From NCBI GenBank assembly GCA_964016885.1, contig OZ024745.1, forward strand, positions 27,156,001 to 27,220,000: a DNA stretch of 64,000 nucleotides, read 5' to 3'. The notes under the pieces were generated by a model, which did not search any database, was not told the origin of the DNA, and was given only the letters and a program-made list of their open reading frames with translations. The stretch is from Eledone cirrhosa (Eukaryota). Shown piece after piece: positions 52,301 through 64,000 of this stretch; positions within the stretch are counted from its first letter, which is position 1, and the number at the start of each line of letters is the position of its first letter. The translations under genes and the position numbers were made by a program.

Positions 52301-54783
52301 GAATGCGAGTGGAGTTTGCATGAAATCAACCAACTGTAATAATAGTTGAAATAGTGAAGAGATGGTACATCTGTGGGACAGAGTTTGGGGTGTGTTGGTT
52401 AGGGATATCAGTTGAGTGGCCACTTTTTATATCCAGGATGTCTGTATGTTTAGCAATTGTACCACACCAGATGTGGGAACAGTATTTCATTGTGGCTCTC
52501 ACTTGAGCTTTGTAAATAATTATTAGTAGCTGAAGTATTTTCTGGCTCAGACGAGGAAGACCAATCTTTGTGATGTAGTCTTTGCTATGTTGAGGCTGTG
52601 AGATCATCAGTGATAATGTATAAACACTGATCCAAGTTTATATCATGAATGTCTGTATTGATAGAGTATATATATTGATCCAAGTTCACATGTCACTGGC
52701 CAGGGTACTTAACTCTCAAGTATATAAATAGTATTTTTCAGGTCTCCAAGAGATTAATAAGGATGTGAAATGGAAGTCTGATAAATGTTTCCCTTTGGAT
52801 AGGTTGCTAGTTCATCTTAGGTACTCAGGTAGTTCTCCCAGAAGATCTGGTGATCTGGTAGCTTTTTCTGGCACACAGGTAAATGGTAAAATTGGGTCTT
52901 AAGTAGAAGTGAGATCAATGTTCCGAAGGACAATAAAAATTAAGATCTTTATTGCAACAATTTATCTCCGACATTTCAAGTATTTACTCAATATTTCTTG
53001 CAGGTTACTCAAATTTATATTTCCTGGGTCAACTCATCTGTTCCGATGCCAAAGCTACAGTTAGCTGGGTTTAAACGTACTTTTATCAAAGTCAGGGATC
53101 AAACCGATGTACATTTCATTATTGAACCAGATCAAATAGCAATTTGGGACAGCAAAAGGGGATTTGTTGTTGAAGAAGGTAAGTAAACCTTAATTTTACT
53201 AAATTACACTAATGGTGTGATTATATATTAATCTTACATCTTATGAGACAAGTTTGACTGGTCTGATGATTAAACAATTCATTGATATGTTGTTGTTTAG
53301 TCTTAGCTCAACCTTGACCAATTAGATCTATGACTAAAGATATTCCAGCTGTAACCATCCTATCTTTTAAGCATAGTAATATCCAGGATTATAGGCAGAA
53401 AATTGGCAGAGTTGAATAGAATATTTTGCAGTACTTGTTCTGACTGTGCTCTTAGTTCAAATCCCACCGAGGTCAACATTGCTTTTCATCCTTTTGAGGT
53501 TGATGAAAAAAGTACCAGTCCAATACTGGGGTCAATTCTTCCTCTATATATCTTTCTCTGAAAGAAATCAGCTGTGTTCAAAACTGGAGAATAGATGGAT
53601 TCCACAAGGTTTTTAAAATGTCCAAAGTACTGCTGTATATCACTGCAGTACCCCTACAACTCTACGAGAAGTTAGGGGTACATACATACAATATCCATGA
53701 CATCATTTGTTCAATCCATCCTTCTTATTTTAAGATGGTAGGATGTGATTTGAGGAAGATTTGGCTGCTATTTCCAGCATGTCTAATGAGAGCTATGTAA
53801 CTATTGTTATATAACATGAGGTTGGAGGGAGAGGAAGTTATCCTCACATTGTTGATCTGATTCAAATGCTTGAAACAGACTGGACTCTGCAGGACCAGGT
53901 AGTGGTGTTAAATTATCCAAAGTTTGTCACAAACCAGGAGACTCATCAGGCTGGTGCTTATTTTGGTTAATGTAGCATGAAGTGACTGAGAGTACAAGAC
54001 TCCTCCCTGGACAGGACACCAGTCCATCGCAGGGTTAAATCCCCAGTTATTGCTAGTACTTATTTTTAGCTGAGTATACTGGAGCAATGTGAAATGAAGT
54101 GTTTTGCTCAAGAACACAATACACAACCCAGTCCAGAAATCAAACCCACAACATTATAGGCCACGTGCCTCCTTGATATAAAATTGTGTGAGACATTATA
54201 TCCACACTTGACAACTGAAACAGTCCCTGAGATTGTGGTAGAACACATTTGCTCTAAGTACTGTGTAGCTACATCAAATTTAAAACCACATAGCTGCAAA
54301 ACAAATTTCTTAACCATATAATCTTGATGAAGGAACGCGGCAAATGGAATGATGCTGAAAAGGACCTGTCCAACCCACGCAAGTGTGGAAAAACAGACAT
54401 AAAAATGTTGATGATGTTGAAGATGATAACCATGCCTGCAGATACTCTAAAAGCAAAGAGAAAATGATAGAACTATTAATCTTCTGGGTGGACATCAGAG
54501 GATAGAAAACAGGAAAGATAGCAAATACCTGATGGTGTATAGTTGTGATAGAGAGGATAAGTATGGGATGTAATTTGGTTATGGTAATGAACCAGAATCA
54601 GGTGAGATGCTGTACCACTGTTGTTACCATGTTGTGGAAATTTTGATAAAATCAGACTAATTAATGGTTTCTCATTTTCTAGGTCAATTAATTATATATG
54701 CTGGAGGTCAACAGCCAAATACTGCTCGGAGAATTAGTTCAAACATCCTTCAGAAATACATACAGATTGTTGCTAAATACTAA
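39292..54783 (+). CDS. Secreted glycoside hydrolase family 3 (beta-D-xylosidase/alpha-L-arabinofuranosidase-like), 744 aa; exons 39292-39623, 41285-41444, 42430-42600, 43402-43493, 44522-44748, 45974-46224, 47299-47521, 48716-48805, 49900-50111, 51141-51341, 53004-53178, 54683-54783
   Basis: Hydrophobic signal peptide; ATSFPQAIG, SPVINIVRHPLWGRTQETYGEDP, CKHF, MCSYNSVNG, nucleophile region GYVISDEGA, EREGCDR, NPAGRL, GRTYRYF..YPFGYGLSY and Fn3-like DEVTQIY. All GT-AG phases are compatible; AATAAA at 54878. Confidence 0.93.
40234..40977. mobile_element. Fold-back MITE of about 740 bp with a pogo/Tigger-like terminus, in GH3 intron 1; partial copy at about 22384-22500
   Basis: Arms about 40234-40617 and 40643-40977 are reverse complements (e.g. 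CTAGATTTGTAGAAAA / TTTTCTACAAATCTAG, GTTTGGTGGGAAATAAT / ATTATTTCCCACCAAAC); ends GTGTTCTACTG-TA. Confidence 0.8.
41834..42127 (+). mobile_element. tRNA SINE with CORE-like and V-domain-like blocks; further copies at 43918-44193 (+) and 53919-54172 (-)
   Basis: AACCCTG(C/T)GATGGAC.GG.GTCCTGTCCAG matches the V-SINE motif; ACTTT tail. Confidence 0.7.
42800..43368. mobile_element. Cluster of three Meta-like SINEs (+, -, -), the last with a 5' inversion
   Basis: Family motifs at 42820-42975 (+), 42985-43185 (-) and 43195-43335 (-); 43335-43368 is the reverse complement of 43284-43317. Confidence 0.75.
43520..43760. repeat. (GGT/GTT)n degenerate trinucleotide tract
   Basis: Direct reading; intronic. 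Confidence 0.85.
45314..45512. repeat. (CAT/CAC)n compound microsatellite
   Basis: Direct reading; intronic. Confidence 0.9.
45638..45832 (+). mobile_element. Full-length Meta/MESC-like SINE with TSD
   Basis: TSD ATTATTATTTTAACA on both flanks. Confidence 0.9.
46956..47183. mobile_element. piggyBac-like MITE; copies at 44254-44440 and 56221-56460
   Basis: TTAA-CCCTTTA...TAAAGGG-TTAA termini and shared internal sequence. Confidence 0.8.
49428..49463 (-). ncRNA. Minimal type I hammerhead ribozyme in a pLTR remnant (about 49330-49560)
   Basis: Identical 36-nt motif to 1410-1445; flanked by (TA)n. Confidence 0.8.
50590..50850 (+). mobile_element. RTE-tailed SINE 3' part
   Basis: GCACCCAGTACACACTGTAAATGTGGTTGGTGTTAGGAAGGGCATCCAGCTGTAGAAACC block. 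Confidence 0.7.
51380..51493 (+). repeat. Minisatellite of about 30 bp, roughly 4 copies
   Basis: AACTTGTATATA(T/A)(G/A)ACTGAGTT..ATATT repeats. Confidence 0.8.
52300..52620 (-). mobile_element. Degenerate CR1-group LINE RT C-terminal fragment
   Basis: IYKAQVRATMKYCSHIW motif. Confidence 0.6.
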
Positions 54784-55599
54784 ACTCCAGAGATATGTCC
54801 AGAATTCTGCCTCAAAGAAATGTATTAATTATATTTTTTTACTTGTAAAAGCCATGTAGCAAAATACTTTTTATACTAATAAATTTATATCAGTTTCTTC
54901 TATAATATTGTTATTGTTCTGATTACATTTCATATAGGTCCCCTTTCCTTGCCTAATAGAATAGAGAGCGTTCTTTGTTTCAGTTATTGATCAACAGCCT
55001 AATGTTGGGACCACGATGAAATGCTCTCAGCACACCCTGTAAAATGGTTGGTGTTAGAAATGACATCTAGTTGTAGAAACAATACCAAAAGCATTGAGAG
55101 GTCTTTTCAGTCCTGTCACAGACATAACAACCTTTCTAGTGCTGGTGCCTCAAAAATATGCACCCAGTAAAAACGGTAAAATGGGTGGCACTAGGAAGGG
55201 CATCCACTCATAGAAAACATGCTAAACATATGTTTGTGAGGACACTTCAATTATGTCATGGATGTGACAATCTCTCTAGTGGTGGTGCCATGATAAAATG
55301 CACCCACTACACTCTGTAAAATGGTTGGTGATAGGAAAGGCATAAAGCCATAGCAACCATGCAAAAACCAGAATGTAAATGAGATGTGGGCCTCCAGGTA
55401 ATCGGCATGTCGGTATAGAGAGTACCGGACAACAGACTGAGTAATTTCTGAAGACCCTCTACTACACCACCACCACCTTACAAAAACAAACAAATAAATC
55501 AATGCTGGTGACTCTACATGGTCGTTAGATCTGCTAGAAATAGCAGTTAAATTTCTCTTAAATAACACCCAAATATTTTGTACAGACAACGGAAACATT

Positions 55600-55877
55600 T
55601 TTTCATGCTCAGAGTTGCTCAAGCATGGAGCAAACTAGCTGCATCAGTTGTTAGCTGTCAGGACACTGCATCCTTCAAAACTTCCATGCTTCCCGAAATT
55701 CGCCAACACTACACCTGATATTTCCCTCCATGCATGTGTCTGTGTATATCATGACTCATACACTGTTCACTTTCCTGACATTTGTACATTATTCTATGTA
55801 TTATACATGCACCATTGATGAGTTGTAGTGCACCTGAGCACTGTACACAATAATTTTCATTTCATTTCATTTCATTA
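55600..55877 (+). mobile_element. CR1/L2-group LINE 3' end with (CATTT)n tail
   Basis: Matches the 57860-58125 family sequence. Confidence 0.8.
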
Positions 55878-56035
55878 CAAGAACAATATTGGGATTGTCA
55901 CCATTGGAATGCCTTCCATCATAAGTCAGTTTGATCAGGACTGACCTAGGGTTAAATAAAAAACAAGACAAAACAAAAAACAAAAAATAGGTTTACAACT
56001 GAAACAATAATTTAATCAATGTGATTGCTAACAGG

Positions 56036-56212
56036 TAATAATTGTTTCTACTTTTGGCACAATGCCAGCAATTACCCAGTGAATTACTGGTACTTTATTT
56101 TATCGACCCCGAAAGGATGAAAGGCAAAGTTAACCTTGGCGGGATTTGAACTCAGATCATAAAGGGCAGTAACTCTATGCTGCAAAGCATGGTGTCCAAA
56201 TCTCTACCGAAT
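56036..56212 (-). mobile_element. Meta/MESC-like SINE; another copy at 60430-60582 (+)
   Basis: Family consensus match. Confidence 0.8.
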
Positions 56213-56525
56213 AATAACAATTAACCCTTTAGCATTTAAACCGACTGTATCCGGCTAGAATTCTCTCTCCTCTTTCTGATCAAATTGGGCATAACTGGCC
56301 ACTCATACTGATGTTAAGGTATTGTTCTCAAAATAAATAACATCAAAATCTCAGATTTGATATTATGTGAGGTAAAGACTTTGTCATGAAAGTACAATAA
56401 TATATATAATCACCATCATCATTTTTACATCCACTTTTCCTTGAAATGCTCTAGGGTTAAGGGGGAAAAGAGATAAAACACAGATTGTAAAAAAATAATT
56501 TGTCTTTTGTAAATATCCTAAACTG

Positions 56526-59500
56526 TTAATTTGCTGAATTGACAATATTTTTGGCTTGTAATAACAGTGGCATATCTATCATCTGTCCGTGATACGTGAA
56601 GGCTCCCTGAAATAAAGAAAAATACATATGTAGATGAAAGAGAGAGATTGAGAGAAGAATGTTTTATTTATCGTATGTACTTGAATATAAGCTGACCCCA
56701 CTATTTTATGTCTGAGAAATGGTCAAAAATCCAGACCTTATCTATGTAGAATTTGAAGTTAGTGAAAATATTGCCCCTGAATATAAGCTGAACACAATTT
56801 TTTTTATCACATATTCCTCGGCTTATATTCAATTCTATATGGTATATATATATCATCATCATCATCATCATTTTATGTCTGCTTTTCCCTGCTTGTGAAA
56901 GCTGACCTCAGATCACTGAAGCTCACAGAGGAGATGATGACGGACCGTGACAAATGGAGATATGCTGTGCTGAAAAGGACCCGTCCCACCCTTGCAAGCA
57001 AGGAAAAGTGGATGATGATGATATATATATATAAACAATTTATATAACAAATATGTTTAAAAAAAGAAAATCAACAGAAATTGAGAGAGAAAATAAAATT
57101 AAAACATGGGAAAAGAAATGTACAACAGAGAATACTGGTATTTCCTTTTGAAAAATATTTCAGGCAGGCCCAGATACTCATGGTCTTACCATGATTGATA
57201 GCATTGTTAAGGCACTGGAATATCAAAACACCCTCATCAGCATCTGCCACCATCTATCTTTTTCTTACTTCTAATCACTCTCTTCTATTTTATGTCTTAC
57301 TCCCACCTTTTGCCTGTGTCTCTTGTTTCTTCCTTGTCTGCCTGTCTATTGACTATCTCTCTCAATATATATATGTGTGTGTGAGTGTGTGTGCATCCTG
57401 GGTTCAATCAGGGGTAACCACAATAAGGCACTCAATACAAAGCAGAGTGTAAATTTTTAATATAGAAATGGCTTCTACAGGACTAAAACTGTTTCATTCA
57501 AAGGAAATCATCAGGAAAGTCTTTTCTGATGGTTTCCTTCAAATGAAACAGTTCTAGTCCTGTAGAAGCCATTTCTATATCAAAAAAAGAAAATATATAT
57601 ATAATAGAAACTGTTCAGAGACGTGCAACCAAGCGCATACCCTCCATCAGACGACCTACCATACTCTGAACACATTGCTTCCCTGGGCATGGATTCATTG
57701 AAGCTCCGACGTCTGGCAATGGACTTGGTAAATACCCACAAAGTTATTAACCATCTCGCCAACAACAACCCTGAGCACCTTTTTGATCTCCATGTGTCTA
57801 ACACACGTGGACATGCCTACAAAATCAGAAAACAGCACAGCTCCCATGACTTTCATAGACATTTTTTCACGCTCAGAGTTGCTGAAGCATGGAACAAACT
57901 GCCTGCGTCAGTTGTTAGCTGCCGAGACACTGCATCCTTTAAGACACTCATGCTTCCCGAAATACGCCAAAACTACACCTGATGTTCCCCTTCCATACAC
58001 ATGCACACGTGTATATCATGACTCATGCACTGTTCATTTTCCTGACGTTTGTACATTACCCTATGTACTATACATACACTTTTTGATGAGTTGTAGTGCA
58101 CCTGAGCACTGTACACAATATTTCATTATTATTATTATTATTATAATGTTATATCATTCAATTTAGGAAAGTTAGTTGATCAGATAATCCACTGACTTAT
58201 AAATACAGACTAATCTAACAGAGACTGCACCAATGTATATGATTATATACAAATATATAATATGTAGGCAGATAAACATGCCAGAAAATACAAGTTTCCA
58301 ATGATGTAAACATAGATAAATGAATGTAAAACTGCAACATTATAAACACAAACCAACCTTTCCCTGTGTTTGATGTTCTTCAAATTGTTTAATGAGTTCT
58401 GTAGCCCATGTCAGCTTCTCTGGTGAAGGACTAAAAGCAGATTGTACTATTGGTACCTGTGAAGGGTGAATGACTTGTTTCCCTGTGAATCCTATTCTGG
58501 CACCTTCCTCACAAAGTGTCTTTAGTGAATCTAAGTCTGGAAAAAAACAAGTTGGAAAATTGATAAAAGAAATCTTAGATCAATTTGCAGTAAAATGGAT
58601 AAATTGTTAGTATTGAACAATTTCTGACGTGTGGTTATTTAATTATAGTTTCAGTCTTCAAATAGAAAAGACCACAGGTGTGCTATGTTAACACCATTAC
58701 TGCAATTGATTCTATAAAGGAAAGGAGCCGATGAACCAAGGAAGCACAGTTTCCATTGCTGATACTACATGCTGGTTACATCTCCTGACAGGATTTGTAC
58801 AAAGCCATATCAGATCCCACAATGCAACCTACTCAACTCTTTAACAATTCCACCGATTTGCAACCCTTATTTACTGACCTAGAAAGGATGAAAGGAAAAG
58901 TTGATCAGCAGTGTGAGACTGAACAAATACTAAGGGCATTTAATCTGATTAATCTGCTAATTCACTGCTAGGGACCAAGCCAACCATAACTCCCTGGGAA
59001 AACATTTGTTATAATGCTTTATAATGAGGCTCTGTGTATGAAATTAAATATTGATCATCAATAATGATATGTAAGGGTCAGCTGAAAAGTTCATAGACTG
59101 ACCAAGATACTCTCATGGAATGACCCTATGAGGTTTATTTTTCAACATGGTCCTGGGAAAGAAACAATGCAGTTATTAATAAGAAGAGTTGAAATTGATG
59201 CATGCAAGATTTCACAGCACTAGCATCACTCCTTCATAATCAGCCTATGAACTTTTCAGTTGACTCTCATACATACATACATACATGTCATAACTGTTCA
59301 TTGCATATCTGCCAACCATCAGACTTGATGGGGAATGAAAAGAAGAAGAATTTGCCACCTTTACAAAAAAAGAGGGACAGAAATGGCAAGGAAAATTCTA
59401 GAAGACTTACCTTTAAAATTAATATCAACCATATCAATAACCTGAAGACGGAAGGCTTTTGCTGTTGCAACTATTTTCTGTCGAGCATACATCAACTCGC

Positions 59501-62466
59501 TCCCTTCTCGGGTTCGGGTTGCTCCTATCAATATAAAATTTTACAATAACATTTTAATGTCCAATTTTCTCCACTTGGTCTTTTTCATTAACAAAACATC
59601 ATCATCCTTTTATGTCTATCTTTCCATTCTTGCATGGGTTGTATTGGTCTTTTCCAGCAAAACTTCCCTCCATTTGTTGTGTTCCTTAGTCAACTCCTCT
59701 CTGAGGTCCAGTGTTTTGAGATACATTCTCACCACTTTTTCTCATATCTTTCTCTACTGCAGCTTCTTTCCACTGGGTACTTCTGGTACTTTTTCACTCA
59801 ACATTCATCATCCATACATATCACATGTCCATACCACTGGTCTTCTCTCACACTACATTTGGTTCTTCTTATACCCAGTTTTTCTCTCAGCTCATCCTTG
59901 CTTTGCCATTCATGCACATCATACATTCATCAATGTTCATTTGATTTCTCTCCAGCCTCTGCATATCCTCTGCATTTACTGCCCATGTATCACTTCCATC
60001 CAACATCTCACTTAGCATACAAGCATCATACAGCCGGCTTTTTGTTTGTAGAGAGAAAGCTTTTTTTGTTAACAGAGATAATAGCCCCTAAACTTTTCCA
60101 ATCCTGTTCTTATTCTAGTTACTATGCTATCAGAGCAACCTACTCCGCTGCTAATTAGGTTACCCAGGTAATAATCAGCTACTTCTATGGAATCTTCTTA
60201 GGAATGTAAAAAGTTTATTTCACTGGGGCTCTTACTACTAACTACCCCTCTTCATCTGCTACATACAAGTGGACCTCTACAGCTATCACAAATACTGCAT
60301 TGAACTAACAGAATCATTAGACCAGAGGTCTCAAACTCAAGGACACAAAAAGGCCACTTCTTCCTAAGGGAGAGGCATAGTAGGCCAAAAATGAGACAAG
60401 GACTGGGAGGGCGAAGTGATTTTCACCAGTTATTTTGCAGCATAGAGTTACGTCCCTTTATGATCTGAGTTCAAATCCCGCTGGGGTTAACTTTGCCTTT
60501 CATCCTTACGGGGTCGATAAAATAAAGTACCAGTAATGTACTGGGTAATTGCTGGCCTTGTGCCAAAAGTAGAAACAATTATTACTATTATTATTTTGTT
60601 TAATGTTTGCATTAGATTGGAAGGTCAAGCTTATTACTGCTGAAAGTGTATGGAAGGGGTGAGAGGCAAATTAAGAGAGGAAAATTGTTCTGCTGTGGGC
60701 CATTGATAAGTAATTATTGGGTCACATAACAGATTCCTGCACTAACATCATATCTTGCAGTTTTTGTTCTGACATTTTACATTCTCAGTTCAAATTCTGC
60801 CTCGGTCTACTTGGATAGTAGTCTTAATCCATCACTCAGTTTAACATTACCACCAAGCCTTTAGGTGACTTTAGTGAGCTCAAATATTTTGCAAGCATTC
60901 AGGTAAGATCTCCAGTTTAAAAATAACTTCTTTTCTAACTCCTACCAGTCTCAGAGTCCTGAAAAGTGCTGTGCGCAATGTCTTCCCGTCTGACCATATC
61001 AGTCATCATAATGCTGGCATTGGCTAAACAGGTTGTCAAAATTCTACACTGGGCAGTCAGGTTGACCATGTCTTGCTCACCATGGCTTATTCCATTTTTG
61101 GCATGGTTTCTACAGCTGAATGCCCTTTTTAATTCCAACCACTGTACAGAGTGTACTTGGTGTATTTCATTGATGTAGCAACACTACTGAGTGATAAAAA
61201 AATACAATTAATGATATGACTATCACTCAATATACTAAACCACTCACCGATATCAGCACAGAAATCATCTGATCCAAATAATACAGCATCGAGATAATAA
61301 TGACATCCTGTCTGAGATAATTCTGTGAATCTCTGCAGAATAGCTTGAAGATTTAACAAACCAATACTGGTCTCTACAGACGTGATTATAGCTGGTTTCC
61401 ATGATTTAATCTTGTACTGCATACACATTTCTTCAAATAATGATGTGAACTTAAAATAGAAAAAGATAATATCGTGAAAGATAACTACTGTATATACTTA
61501 AATATAAGCTGAGGAATATGTGACCAAAAAATCAATGGTAGAAGGTGGGGTTGCCTTATATTCTAGAGCAATATTTTGACCAACTCCAAATTCTATGTAA
61601 ATAAGGTTGGGATTTTTGCCAATTTCTCAGACATAAAATAGCAAGGTCAGCTTATATTCAACGATACATGGTAAGAGGGAATGCAGAGATGATGATAAAG
61701 TAAAGAAAATTGTCATGGGGCTCACAAGCTAGATGGCCTGAAATGCTTGTTTTTATTGTGATGTATTAATATGTTAATATTCCTAACACTAACTACTTTA
61801 GAGCGTGTACTGGGTGCTCTTATTGTGTAGATCACCAGCACTAGGGAAGCTGTCATGTCCTTGACACAACATTATAAAATCGAGACACTGGGTTTGGTTC
61901 TTAGTAGTAACTTTTAGCCACTTTTTCCTTCCCTAAGGAGTTCAATTCTCAGTAGTGGCTGGTGGTCACTTTTTCCTGACTCTTAGGCTATTTTACCCAG
62001 AAACACAGAGTTCAATTCTCAGTAGTGGCTGTTGGTCACTTTTTCCTGTCCTTAAAAATATTACACCCAATTTTCTCATGCTATTATCATTATAGAGATT
62101 TTGGAGTAGGATTTCAAAGTTCCAAATCATCAAAACACCTCAATAAATTGTAAGATTTGTTTACTTCCAGTTTTAGTCAACTTTGTTTCCTTCTCCAAGA
62201 AAAGGCTAAAATAAACAACAACAACAAACAAAACAAGAACAATAGTAGAATAGATGAAATTTGTGAGTGTACTTTACTTCTTCAATTTCTTGGACATAGT
62301 CAACCTTCGGAAGAAGTAGTGTCTGTGGGAGACGTGAAGCAGTGAGCAGTTGTCGCAGATCTTTCTCAGCCATTCCAGTACTCATTGCATTGATACGTAC
62401 AGTACAATCAGCTTCACCAAAGTCAATTTCTCCGATCATCTTGGAAATATTCACCCTGGCATCTTC
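56526..62466 (-). CDS. CLYBL: Citrate lyase beta-like / citramalyl-CoA lyase, 3' five exons: 62466-62278, 61449-61248, 59524-59411, 58536-58358, 56606-56526; 5' exons lie beyond the window
   Basis: VRINAMSTGMAEKDL..LPKVD, VETSIGLLN, VLFGSDDFCADIGA, YARQKIVATAKAF..IDMV, GFTGKQVIHPSQ and GAFTYHGQMIDMPLLLQA*; splice phases are consistent. Confidence 0.93.
56669..56844. mobile_element. Tc1/pogo-like MITE; opposite-orientation copy at 61486-61673
   Basis: TIR TAC(C/T)GTATATACT.GAATATAAGC.GA, TA boundaries and shared internal sequence. Confidence 0.75.
57472..57518 (-). ncRNA. Type I hammerhead-like motif within palindrome 57460-57580 (last CLYBL intron, sense to the gene)
   Basis: Minus strand reads TTTC-CTGATGA-TTTC(CTTT)GAAT-GAAA-CAG(TTTTAGTC)CTG-TA-GAAG, giving a GUA cleavage triplet. 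Stem II closes with U-U. Confidence 0.65.
57608..58145 (+). mobile_element. CR1/L2-group LINE 3' end
   Basis: ETVQRRATKRIP..LPYSE..NTRGHAYK..FFTLRVAEAWNKLP, 3'UTR and (ATT)n tail. Confidence 0.88.
59070..59271. mobile_element. Mariner-like MITE
   Basis: Family TIRs at both ends. Confidence 0.8.
59590..60180 (-). mobile_element. Old, degraded RTE LINE 3' portion
   Basis: Minus strand retains WYGHV-like and YLG-like remnants and a (GAT)n tail near 59598. Confidence 0.55.
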
Positions 62467-62927
62467 CTTTGGATGAAAGAAAAATAAACAATATATATAT
62501 ATTTTTTGTCAATGATATTTATGTTAATTTTATTTCTCAATTAGAATTAATTTATTTCAGACATATATGATAAAAGCAAGATGCCTCCCTCCCCATTTCT
62601 AGCATCCACTACCCCATCCCCCATGCTTCATCTATGTAAATGTACCATGGCCTGCACTGACCCCTTCGCATTCTACACGATCTCTCTTTAGTCATCACTG
62701 CACCCCCCACCACCACCACTTTATTCAAGATCACTCCTCCTACCCATTTACCTTGTTAAATCCCACCACACTTGTCATAGCGCTTTAGTAATTATTCTCT
62801 TCATCATTACCCCCCTTGCCCTATCCATGATCAGTCTCATTCTTTGTCTACTTCACTATATATCCCTATCCGAGACCACTCTTACCTCTTGTCTTCCTCA
62901 TTTCACTGTACCCCTATTTGGGATCAC

Positions 62928-62974
<47 letters not shown>

Positions 62975-63032
62975 AAAATGAAAAATATATATAATGATAA
63001 AATGAATGATATGTATATATATATATATATAT

Positions 63033-63686
<654 letters not shown>

Positions 63687-64000
63687 ACAGGGAGAAAGAG
63701 ACGATTATGAGGAAGAAAAATTTTTTTCTTTCCTCTTTTGTTTCTGTTTCTCTTTTTTCTGGGTTAGAAAATGATTAAATCGAAATGTTTTACTTTGTGT
63801 GAAGTGTTAAGGTATTAGTTGATTTATTTATTATTTAACAATGGCATTTATTTATCTATTTATATATTTAATTATTGCCTATTACCGGTTTCAGCATTTA
63901 TATGCATTATCAAATGATAGTGAAATGTATTAGTGTGGTGTCACACGTGTGTGTATATATATATATATATATATAGTGGTGAAACACTGGAAGGTAATAT

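Noticed and set aside
39292-54783. GH3 gene as bacterial or fungal contamination, or recent HGT
   Set aside because: It has eleven spliceosomal introns filled with the same host repeats as the rest of the window.

Overview
Eukaryotic, AT-rich, microsatellite-dense animal DNA. It is most consistent with an octopus/coleoid cephalopod genome, inferred from KRAB-less TGEKPY C2H2 arrays, (TA)n runs and mollusc-type SINEs. Five protein-coding genes can be assembled from GT-AG exons. (1) The 3' three exons of an NR2E/PNR-like nuclear receptor (+, 69-2824). (2, 3) Two divergent single-coding-exon C2H2 zinc-finger genes (-, 18709-19812; +, 27904-29259). (4) A complete 12-exon secreted GH3 beta-xylosidase-like gene (+, 39292-54783, 744 aa by my exon sum). 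(5) The last five exons of CLYBL (-, 56526-62466). The rest is a dense mobilome: tRNA-derived SINEs (Meta/MESC-like, CORE-like, V-domain-like and RTE-tailed), RTE, CR1/L2, CRE-like and HERO-like LINE remnants, mariner-, piggyBac- and pogo-like MITEs, Helitron ends and three Penelope-like elements. The most notable non-obvious signals are: several distinct minimal hammerhead-ribozyme families, some arranged as head-to-head palindromes inside host introns; a near full-length Penelope element whose 5' inversion breaks inside its own ribozyme; fold-back and tandem elements carrying tRNA-like cassettes; and a SINE hairpin with A:C mismatches next to a GH3 exon. All family names come from motif recognition by eye; no database search was run.
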